A stretch of DNA of 61,992 bases from Macrostomum lignano (lineage: Eukaryota): the NCBI GenBank assembly GCA_002269645.1, contig NIVC01004065.1, positions 1 through 61,992 on the forward strand, read 5' to 3'. Below the pieces are notes generated by a model. It saw only the letters and a program-made list of their open reading frames with translations, was not told where the DNA came from and made no database searches. The position numbers and the translations under genes are program-made. How positions within the stretch are numbered: position 1 is the first letter of the stretch; each line of letters starts with the position of its first letter. Of this stretch, positions 1-10,949 are shown piece by piece.

Positions 1-3000
1 TTCCTGTCGCCAAGGGTGCGCTTGGCACCCTACTGCGCTTGCACTGATGGCTTTGCCGGGCGGACTGCCAGATGAGCTTGGTAAGACTTTAGAGGCCTAT
101 GCTGTGGCCACGGACCATTGAACTGCTTTCCTTGGCGCCTTCTTGAACTGCTTCCCTTGGCGCCTATCTTGAACTGCTTCAGCTGGCGCCATCTTGAACT
201 GCGTCCTTTGGCGCCTTATCAACTGCTTTCCCTTGGCGCCTATCTTGAACTGCTTTCCCTTGGCGCCTATCTTGAACTGCTTTCCCTTGGCGCCTATCTT
301 GAACTGCTTTCCCTTGGCGCCTATCTTGAACTGCTTTCCCTTGGCGCATCTTGAACTGCTCTTGGCGCTTATGAACTGCTTCTTTTGTCGCCCTCTGAGA
401 ACTGCTTCTCTTGGTGCCTCTGTGACTTTCTTTTTGTACCTTTGTGAGCTACCCTCTTGGCGTCAGAACGTGTACATGTACTAGCAGTACAATAACATTC
501 TCAACCCCTCCTCAGGCCGCCTGCAACTGCCGGCCAGATCAGCGCTGCCACCACCTGCCCACTGGGACTACATCTGCCTGGAGCAGGACGCGGGCGCCAA
601 CGCTCGCGCCTGCGCGGACGACTCGGGCGCCGACTGCGCCAGCAACGCTACAGTTGTGCACCTTCGAGGCGCTGGCAACCTTGCCTGGTCGTTGAACGAA
701 TCGTCGCCGGCGTCAACAGCCAGCGGCGACCCGGCCGGCCGGTCATTCGCCGTCGATCTGGAATTCCGCATGCGCAGCCTGCAGAACCAGCCTGGCCCCG
801 TGTTCGCCGTGCATTGGACGCCGAACGCGCCACAATTGCGCGACATTGTGATAAGCCTCGGACAGGACGGCGCCCTCCAAGTGGCCCGGCGGTGAATGGC
901 CGCGTGCAGCCCAGGCCGTGGGCGGCCAGTCGGCGTCGAGTGAACGACGGCCGATGGCACGGAGTGCGGCTGAGGCTGATGCGAGAGGCCGAGAGGTAGC
1001 TAGATCTATATCAATGGAAATACCTTCGCCTGGACTTTATTTGCCTTCTGTAGCGAAGCAGATGTTTGGGTCAGCTCGGGACACACAAGGGTCAACTCAG
1101 GACACAAGGATGTATATCTAATACCGGTACATATGAAGAGGTCAAATCAGAGCATGACTGGGTCGACCCAAGATACGAGTATAAATGGATTAAATTGTGG
1201 CATGAAAAGGTCAATTCAGGACACATGAGTCAAATTAAGATATAGAAGGGTCAACTAAGGACAATGAGGAGGTCATCTCAGGACACAAAAGGGTTTTTGT
1301 CAGAGCACGAAGGGTCAAGTCAGCACGAAGGGGTCAAGTCATAACACGAAGGGGTCAAGTCAGAGCACGAAGGGGTCAAGTCAGAACACGAAGGAGTCAA
1401 GTCAGCACGAAGGGGTCAAGTCAGAACATAAAGGGGTCAAGTCAGCACGAAGGGTCAAGTCAGGACACGAAGGGGTCAAGTCAGAGCACAAAGGGGTCAA
1501 GTCAGAGCACGAAGGAGTCAAGTCAGGACACGAAGGGGTCAAGTCAAGACAGATAGAAAGAGAAAAAAATGGAAGGTCAACCAAGGACACGCAGGGGTCA
1601 CACAGAATCCTGAATCGTATCAACCAGCAGCCCTTATCCCTTCTCCCTCGAAAACCCGCAGCCGCGTGGCCCGCTCCGAGCAGGCGCTGAGGAACTGGAC
1701 TATCGAACTCCTAGTAGACTCAATCGAGCCAACCTTGCGCGCCATACCCTGGTCGGACGCGCCAACGCAGAAGCGCGTATCGACTGGCCGCGCCTACGTT
1801 GGCTGCCTCGGCCAGATGCGGCTGAACGGCCTGCCTTTGCCAGTCTCCGAGCGGCAGCAGCAGCAGCAGCAGCAGCAGGCTCAGCCAGGCAACCTGCCCC
1901 GTGTCAGCCTGACCAGCGGCACCGAGGGCGCCACCACCGGCTGTTCGAACACGTACTTTGGCACCGCGTGCGCCGTGGCCCCTGTCAGCACGCCGGCGTG
2001 TGCAGCAACACCCCCGGCGGCTACCAGTGCCAGTGCGCCAGCCCTACATTGGGCGCCAATGCGAGATCAACACGGAGCCGTGCGCCGAATCGCCCTGCCT
2101 CAACGGCGCCACCTGCCACCAATCTGGCCGGCATTTCACCTGCGAGTGTCCGGCCGGCCTGTCCGGCAGTCGTTGCGAATTCGGAATTTACTGCGGCCGC
2201 GACGTTAATCCCTGCGAGAACAACGCCAGATGCGAGGAGAGCCCCAGCGGCGCCATCTGCCACTGCGGCGGCACCGGCTACCAGGGCCCGACCTGCGGCG
2301 TGGACGTCGACGAGTGCTCAGGCGGCGGCGCGCCAGCTGGCGGAGGCGGCGCCCGGTCTCCCTGCGGCGGGCGAGGCGTGTGCGTGAACCAGCCGGGCAG
2401 CTACTACTGCAACTGCTCGCTTGGCTACAGCGGCCGCAGCTGCGAGACTTTCCACGTGCCTGGCGTTGACAGCGGCAGCTCCGCCCTGTTAGGCCTCAGC
2501 TTCCACGAAGTTGTCGCCATACTGAGCTCCATCTCAATTATATTGCTACTGGCTTTGACAATCTTCTTTGTGGTGTCCTACTGCAGCAGGCGGCGCGGCG
2601 GCGGCAGCGGCGGCGGAGTTCGTCGCCGACACGGCAAAGATCGACACGCCTCGTCGTCGGCTGCTGCCGCTGCAGCCGCGGCAGCCAAGAGCGGCAGCAC
2701 CCTGGGCAGCGGCACCTACAGGCAGTGCTCCAGCCACGACCCGGCCGAGGCCATGGCCCTGGTGACGCTGGCCACTGGCGAGACCTGCATGGTGCCGCAG
2801 CGCCAGCTGGACCTGCGCCACTCCGTGCCCAACTGCTACAGCAGCGAGCACAACCTGCCCGAGGCGGCCGCCGTTGCCGCCTCCTACGCCGCCTACGATA
2901 AGCCGCATCCGCCGAGGCCGTTCAGCTTCTACTCGGACACGGCCGGGACGCCAACCCGCTGCCTGACGCCCAGCTGCACCGCCACCATCAGCCGGCGCCC

Positions 3001-6000
3001 CAACCAGCAGCAGCAGCAGCAGCAGCAGCCGCATCACGGGCACCATCATCATCAGCAGCACCACCTGCAGCCGGCGTTTCTGCATAGCCGAGGCTCCCGG
3101 CTCTACGCCAGACAGGGCGCCGGATCCGCTCTGGGCGACATCATCGATGAGCAGGGTGAGCTCTCTGGGGAGGCCTGTCTGTTTCTTTTTCGCTTCACAT
3201 ATACTACTTGATATCTAATCTATCTAAGTAGTATGCAACCGATGACGCAGGCGGTATTTACATCTTAGCAGCTTGTTGCAGGCGTGCTAACTTTGTTTTT
3301 TCCCAACCTACTATAAGTAGTTCAAGCCTGTCAAGTTTTGATTTTAGACGTGTCCGTGCATTTTATTACTAGTATTTACTATTATTAATACTATTAATAT
3401 TAGTCACATTTGCATTTGCATTGCATTGCGCCGGCTGGCTAGCGTGTTCTATGCATATTTGATGCTTTTTAATTTTCTGTTTTGCTAAATAGAATTTTCA
3501 TAAAAGGCTATCAATGCTACTACAAGTAGATTTAAGTATCGAGAAATTGAACACTTCGAAATTATGAAAATTACTACCTGTCCCTGCTTCTATTGGTGCT
3601 GCCGCTGCTGCTGTTCTTCGATTTTCCCTTAGCCAAGTTCCCAGCAACTCTCCGATATATAGCTAATTACCTTTGTTTTGTTGTTATTTAAAAAAGAAGG
3701 TACTCATCATCGCTCTCCAATTATTTGCAGAGGTTCACCACTTTGGTGGTGTTGGTGGCAGCGTGTCACCGGCTGGCTCGCACGCCTCCCGGCAAGGTTG
3801 GTACCCCCCCCCCCCGAGTTGTAACCCTCCTAAGCCAGTCCTGCAACCCTATAATAATTTCCCATTCATTTGGCGTCTTTAAAATTTCATTTGTGCCGGC
3901 GAACTTTCCCGTTGAAAACGTTGCTGTGTGACCAGAATCGCTTTCATCGGGAAAGTCGCATGCGCGCACAACAAACACTAAAAAGCCATAACGCCATTCA
4001 TTTGTTCAGCTTCATTTTGCATCCACACACAGCGTTTGCATAATTTGCGATTGCAATGTAATGCCTTATAACAATATGTACTACTTAATTATTAATTTGT
4101 ATTAACAAGCGTTGCCGCTAACTCACTAACTACTGTTACTACTATGAGTAGCATCCCAGTAATATAGGAGTAGTCCTAGGCAGTCTCTTGTCCCCTATTG
4201 GTGTGTTGGCTTTGCTCTATATAGTCGCGCTTGCACGTTGTGGCGGTTTCGGGTCTGGATTTTTGTATATAGCTTTATATTATATGGTACTTAGTAAACA
4301 AGCATTATAATTCATATATTCGGCAGTTCTGTGTATGCTTATATAAGTTTCTGTTTGCTTTGTTTCTGTTTTGTCGGCTTTTCCTCCTACTTTAGTTTCG
4401 GAAGAAAAAGACAATAGCTTTTTTGCTAGCTCATATTCAGTACTCGTATACTACTTATTAGTAGTTGCATTTTCAGCGTTTAACTCTTTAGTCAGATGCT
4501 GCTTTGTAATTTCATTTACACAGCCGCATCGTTTCTCGTCTGCGATACTTGGATTCCCCCAGCTTGGATTCCCCCAGCTTGGGATTACCCCAGCTTGGAA
4601 TTCCCCCATATTGGGATTCCCCTACCTTAGGATTCCCACAGCTTGGGACTCCCTAGATTTGGATTCTACCAGATTGGGATTCCCTAGCTTGGAATTCCTC
4701 CAGATTGGGATTACCCCAGCTTGGAATTCCCCCAGATTGGGATTCTCCTACCTTAGGATTCCCACAGCTTGGGACTCCCCTAGATTTGGATTCTCCCAGA
4801 TTGGGATTCCCCTAGCTTGGGATTCCTCTAGATTGGGATTTCCCCAGCTTGGAATCCCCCCAGATTGGGATTCCTCTAGATTGGGATTGCCCCAGATTGG
4901 GCTTTCCCTAGATTGGAATCCCCCACTTAAGATCCCTCAGCTTGGGATTCCCCTAATTTGGGATTCCCCAGCTTGAGATTCCAGCGCCTTGGGTTTGTTC
5001 TTATAGTGGGATTTACTTCTCCTAGCTTTCTTTCTGTAGGCTTGAGATTTTCTCTTCCCTGCTGGAAGTAGTAAGCTTCGGTCAAGGATCGCCTGATTAA
5101 TCTACTTGGTTTGACAGTCCCAACTACTTGGTTTGACAGCCAGTGAAACTCCAGTGAAACTTCGCACGCCTAACCAAACTGCATTGAACTATAAAACACA
5201 CTGAAAAAATTGCTCGTCTTGAAAATTTGCAAGCACTTTATGGGTGATTTTTAATGTAGCAAACCTAATCAATACCATCGCTAACTACTGGACATTCATT
5301 TGAAACCGCAGGCTATCACTGGGACACGTCGGACTGGAACACCGGGCCCGGCAACCCGCCCGACCTCATCCCGGACAGTCCCTACTGCCTGTACGCCCCA
5401 TCGGCCGCCGCTGCCGGCGCCAGCCAGGCATCGAGTCTGGCCGGCTCGCCAGCGCACAGCCACAGCGGCCGCTGCCAGCACCAGCTACAGCAGCAATACT
5501 ATCAGCAGCAGCAGCAGCAGCACCAGATGCTCCGGCCAACTCCCGTCCATGGCGGCAGGATGATGCAACAGCATATGGTGATGATGGGCAGCTCCGAGTC
5601 TCTCGGCGCCGGCAGCAACTGCAGCGGCAGCTACAGCGGCAGCGTGGGTCCCAGGCGGCCCAGCCTGCAGCGGATGCTGCTGGCCAACCCCGGCGCCTAC
5701 CTGCCCCAGTACGCCGGCTCCGCCTGCGACTTCGACGAAGCTCGCGAAGATCTTGAGGAGGCCGACGAGGAGGAGAGCTCCCGGGCTGCTCTACTGCCTG
5801 GCGGCGGCGCCAACTCCGACCAGATGACCACCTCGACGTCGACATTCCGCGGCGGTGGCGGCGGCAGCAGCAGCATCGGCGGCGGAGGGACGGCTACGGC
5901 TTCGACGAAGACGGGCGGCAGTGGCGGCAGCGGCAGCACGGAGATCGGCTCTGGCGGCAGCGCGACACCCATCATGGAGGAGCGGCCTCCGCTGCCCTCG

Positions 6001-6123
6001 ACGTACGTGGCGGAAACGGCGCCAGCAGCATCGTCGGCCGCCAGCTCCGGGGTATCGGAAAAAACCCCGCCAGTGCAGGTCCAGGTGGAGAAGCGGCAGC
6101 CAGCCAATGAGACTCTGGCCTGA
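1..6123 (+). CDS. FAT1: FAT1/2/3-type (fat2-like) atypical cadherin, 3' part (5' truncated by window)
   Basis: Exons <1-80, 516-995, 1662-3155, 3731-3796 and 5312-6123, with GT-AG ends and matching phases. Architecture: EGF, LamG (DLEFRMR, VNDGRWHGVRL, YVGCLGQMRLNG), four EGF repeats (the last Ca-binding, DVDEC), TM (VVAILSSISIILLLALTIFFVVSYC), and a cytoplasmic tail with the FAT1-3 motif GYHWDTSDW across the 3796/5312 junction. Five -1 frameshifts must be corrected (about 60, 565, 888, 1980, 2043). Confidence 0.88.
116..420. repeat. 27-bp minisatellite in FAT intron
   Basis: Unit TTGAACTGCTTTCCCTTGGCGCCTATC; produces the 9-aa periodic ORFs at 118-484. Confidence 0.95.
1295..1548. repeat. 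~21-bp minisatellite in FAT intron
   Basis: Unit about GAAGGGGTCAAGTCAGAGCAC; diverged copies extend back to about 1070. Confidence 0.9.
4548..4990. repeat. Degenerate ~10-bp-based tandem repeat in FAT intron
   Basis: Alternating TTGGGATTCC / CCCCAGC / CCCTAGA modules. Confidence 0.9.
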
Positions 6124-7802
6124 GCTGGGATCATTAATAACACACTAATCTGGCATTTTCTTAGATCATGCGATTTAGCTTATAGACAGCTTGAAACCGG
6201 AGGCTGATATGCATAGTCAAGGTCTTAATAATGAACACTATGATTCCCCCCATCCAAACCAGCAATAGTCTGATCCTGTTAAATATCGATATATGATGAT
6301 CACTCAACACGTCTTTGTCAAGCAATGCGTTCCTCCGATTCGCAACACCGCGTGTTTGCGTGCGCGTGTCATGATTAACATATTTTTGCTACTACTAATA
6401 TTTTATATGCTGAATAAAATCTGCGCAGTCACAAAACTTCGCTTTTTACGTAAGTATCAATTTTTAGCACATTTTTCTATCAAATTCGCTTTATACGCTA
6501 CTTAGAGCAGCAGTGTGCGTATTTGACTGTCAGTTTTTAATGCAATTGCCGTTCTTCTAAGTGTTGTTCAACCCGCTTTGCTGTTTTTGTCTTTCGGATG
6601 CGATATACAATGGAATATGAAAACTTAAATGAGCAAAATCAGGATTCCATACAATAATTACGTGTATAAAGTCGCTTGGCAACTTTAACTAGTCTAACGG
6701 TGATAACTGTGCATGCGGCAGGCCCTAACATCAATAATAAGTATTGCTTCAGCACAGCCATATGGAATAATTGTACATACCTGTCCGTGTCTTAGCGCAC
6801 TGATTCTTTTACTGAAGGATAGTTCCATGTTTTTTAAACTGATTAGTACTATATATGTAGCGCATCCACAGCAGTTCATTGTGTTACAAACAACTACAAA
6901 TATTTGACCACCTCATTTTTGCTAAATTTGAGTTGCTTTGCTTTTTCTGTGCTTGCGTTTTGTTGTGCGATTTTTTGCTTGTTTTGAAAGCGCAGCTCTT
7001 TATGACGATTGCTTTCGCTTGCTAAAAGTGAGTCAGATGAAGCTTCAACTACAATGTCGGCCGCAGTTACCTCAACCTTTGATTGGAATGTAAAGCTATA
7101 ATATACATTAATAATTGACCTGTTGCAATCAGGGCCTCACAACAGGAATCAATTCTCGTGTCTGCTAGAAGACAGACAGGCTTTGCCAGTTTTTTATTAT
7201 ATACTACTCCAAGTAGTATCATTTTGGGTGCATAATAATTAGGATACATCACAACACATAAACAGTGTGTTGGCAGCGCGGAGATCTTGACAATTATAAT
7301 TATTTTTACTGATAAAATATTGTTCTAAACAATTGATTGCATGCGCCAAACTGCCTACTTATATTAGTAGTCCTAAGAAAATAATCTGATACAACAATGC
7401 TCTCTCTGCAGATGACAAAATTTAGCAATAAAAATAGTTAAAAGAAACAACCTTGCAAACTATTGAAATGAGGAAATTAATTTTTCTTAGAAATTCGGCT
7501 AATGCGATAAACAAAAGGTTAAGCAAAGCTAGCCAATTATTTGCCAATTCCAAGTACTAAACGTACAAGTGTGAGATATGTAAAAATGGTGCCAAAGCTT
7601 AACAAAAATACATTCACAGCTATGATTTACTTTTCGATCAGAGATAAGTGAAGAAGATAGCTAGGAGATATAGCAGAATGAAGATTGCTAACACTACAAT
7701 AACCTATGCTAGTATTGCAGAAAGTGCATTCGAACTGCTTTTTTCGACTCGTGATCTCTGAATAGGACTCTCAAAGAAAGTGTCCACGTCCCGACTTCAG
7801 AG

Positions 7803-8232
7803 TAAAAATCCCAATCTTTAACTCCCTAGTCCGAAAATCCCAATCTTTAACTCCCAAGTCCAAAAATCCCAATCTTCAACTCCCAAGTCCAAAAATCCCA
7901 ATCTTCAACTCCCAAGTCCAAAAATCCCAATCTTCAACTCCTGATCCCAAAAATCCCAATCTTCAACTCCTGATCCCAAAAATCCCAATCTTCAACTCCT
8001 GATCCCAAAAATCCCAATCTTCAACTCCCAAGTCCAAAAATCCCAATCTTCAACTCCTGATCCCAAAAATCCCAATCTTCAACTCCTGATCCCAAAAATC
8101 CCAATCTTCAACTCCCAAGTCCAAAAATCCCAATCTTCAACTCCTGATCCCAAAAATCCCAATCTTCAACTCCTGATCCCAAAAATCCCAATCTTCAACT
8201 TCTGATCCCAAAAATCCCAATCCCAATCTTAA
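7803..8232. repeat. 29-bp minisatellite just downstream of the I-2 stop codon
   Basis: Unit AAAAATCCCAATCTTCAACTCC(CAAGTCC/TGATCCC), period 29 (7862 to 7891). Confidence 0.95.
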
Positions 8233-8256
8233 AATCCGCGTACCCCGACTCCCCGA

Positions 8257-10949
8257 TCACCCGGATTCCATGCCAACCGCTTCGTCGCATTTCTCCTCGT
8301 CATCTTCGTCCTCCTGACTCTGTTGCCTAGCAACAAGCGCCGCCTGGAACTCATTGTAGTGCTGCTTCCGTTTTAACCGAAATTGGCGCCTTCTCTCCCG
8401 CTCCTCGGCGCTCAGCTCGCTCTCGTCGGCGTCCAAATCGTGCACCGGCGACAATGGCGCGTTGGCGCCGGCGCCACCAGAATCGGCGGCCTCGGCGCGC
8501 AGCCGGGAGGCCAGCAACTCGGCCGGCACTGCGTCACCAAAGCTGGCGCGGCGGGTCCGGGGCTGCCCGCCGCCACCACTGTCCTGGTCCTCATCTTCCT
8601 CGGTGACCGGCTGGGCCGCCTCGTAAGGCGTCGGCGCTTCGTCCACCTTCATGTGGCCGTAGTCCTTGCCTGGTTGGGGTGCGGTAGGTTCCAAACGGGG
8701 AGCACTGAGTCACTGAATCAGCGAAAGGGGGATCTGGGATCACTGAGTCACCCTGAGGGACTGGGAGGATCTGGGATCACTGAGTCACCCTGAGGGACTG
8801 GGAGGATCTGGGATCACTGAGTCACCCTGAGGGACTGGGACGACCTGGGATCACTGAGTCACCTTGAGGGACTGGGAGGATCTGGGATCACTGAGTCACC
8901 CTGAGGGACTGAGAGGATCTGGGATCACTGAGTCACCCTGAGGGACTGGGAGGATCTGGGATCACTGAGTCACCCTGAGGGACTGAGAGGATCTGGGATC
9001 ACTGAGTCACTCTGAGGGACTGAGAGGATCTGAGATTACTGAGTCACCCTGAGGGACTGAGAGGATCTGGGATCACTGAGTCACCCTGAGGGACTGAGAG
9101 GATCTGGGATCACTGAGTCACCCTGAGGGACTGAGAGGATCTGGGATCACTGAGTCACCCTGAGGACTGGGAGGATCTGGGATCACTGAGTCACCCTGAG
9201 GGACTGGGAGGATCTGGGATCACTGAGTCACCCTGAGGGACTGGGACGACCTGGGATCACTGAGTCACCTTGAGGGACTGGGAGGATCTGGGATCACTGC
9301 GTCACTCTGAGGGACTGGGAGGATCTGGGATCACTGAGTCACTCTGAGGGACTGAGAGGATCTGAGATTACTGAGTCACCCTGAGGGACTGGGAGGATCT
9401 GGGATCACTGAGTCACCCTGAGGGACTGAGAGGATCTGGGATCACTGAGTCACCCTGAGGGACTGGGAGGATCTGGGATCACTGAGTCACCCTGAGGGAC
9501 TGGGAGGATCTGGGATCACTGAGTCACCCTGAGGGACTGGGAGGATCTGGGATCACTGAGTCACTCTGAGGGACTGGGACGACCTGGGATCACTGAGTCA
9601 CCTTGAGGGACTGGGAGGATCTGGGATCACTGCGTCACTCTGAGGGACTGGGAGGATCTGGGATCACTGAGTCACCCTGAGGGACTGGGAGGATCTGGGA
9701 TCACTGCGTCACTCTGAGGGACTGGGAGGATCTGGGATCACTGAGTCACTCTGAGGGACTGAGAGGATCTGGGATTACTGAGTCACCCTGAGGGACTGGC
9801 AGGATCTGGGATCACTGAGTCACCCTGAGGGACTGGGAGGATCTGGGATCACTGAGTCACTCTGAGGGACTGAGAGGATCTGAGATTACTGAGTCACCCT
9901 GAGGGACTGGCAGGATCTGGGATCACTGAGTCACCCTGAGGGACTGGGAGGATCTGGGATCACTGAGTCACTCTGAGGGACTGAGAGGATCTGAGATTAC
10001 TGAGTCACCCTGAGGGACTGGGAGGATCTGGGATCACTGAGTCACCCTGAGGGACTGGGAGGATCTGGGATCACTGAGTCACCCTGAGGGACTGAGAGGA
10101 TCTGGGATCACTGAGTCACCCTGAGGGACTGGGAGGATCTGGGATCACTGAGTCACCCTGAGGGACTGAGAGGATCTGGGATCACTGAGTCACTCTGAGG
10201 GACTGAGAGGATCTGAGATTACTGAGTCACCCTGAGGGACTGAGAGGATCTGGGATCACTGAGTCACCCTGAGGGACTGAGAGGATCTGGGATCACTGAG
10301 TCACCCTGAGGGACTGGGAGGATCTGGGATCACTGAGTCACCCTGAGGGACTGGGAGGATCTGGGATCACTGAGTCACCCTGAGGGACTGGGAGGATCTG
10401 GGATCACTGAGTCACCCTGAGGGACTGGGAGGATCTGGGATCACTGAGTCACCCTGAGGGACTGGGAGGATCTGGGATCACTGAGTCACCCTGAGGGACT
10501 GAGAGGATCTGGGATCACTGAGTCACTCTGAGGGACTGAGAGGATCTGAGATTACTGAGTCACCCTGAGGGACTGAGAGGATCTGGGATCACTGAGTCAC
10601 CCTGAGGGACTGAGAGGATCTGGGATCACTGAGTCACCCTGAGGGACTGGGAGGATCTGGGATCACTCACTCAACAGTCAGTTATTGTCAGTTAAGCTCA
10701 AAGTCTACCTGCAGGGTGGTAAGTGGCTAGAATATTCATCTCGTCCCATTGGAACAGCTTGTGGGAGGCAGAGCCAGCTGTGCTCTCGTCTGGTGTCAGG
10801 CCATCCTGCTGTTGCTGCTGTTTCAACCGCATCTGCAGCTGCTGCTGATGCTCTGGTCGCAGCTGTTGCGACAGACGATGATGGTGACTGCGAGACTTTA
10901 GAATGCCCTTTTTGGGTCGCAGGTTGAGTGGCGGGGGAATGTTGGACAT
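8257..10949 (-). CDS. PPP1R2: Protein phosphatase 1 inhibitor-2
   Basis: Exons 10949-10709 and 8669-8257 joined by a phase-1 GT-AG intron to give YHPAG|KDYGHMKVDEAPTPY. Contains KGILK (SILK-like), QWDEMNILAT, PTPY phosphosite and FRLKRKQHYNE, all I-2 hallmarks. Confidence 0.95.
8729..10668. repeat. 37-bp minisatellite (~52 copies) filling the I-2 intron
   Basis: Unit CTGAGGGACTGGGAGGATCTGGGATCACTGAGTCACC, period 37 (8753 to 8790). Confidence 0.97.

Noticed and set aside
2021-6143. Many overlapping alternative-frame and antisense ORFs (also across 33389-40197 and 45061-46178)
   Set aside because: Shadow ORFs of GC-rich exons.
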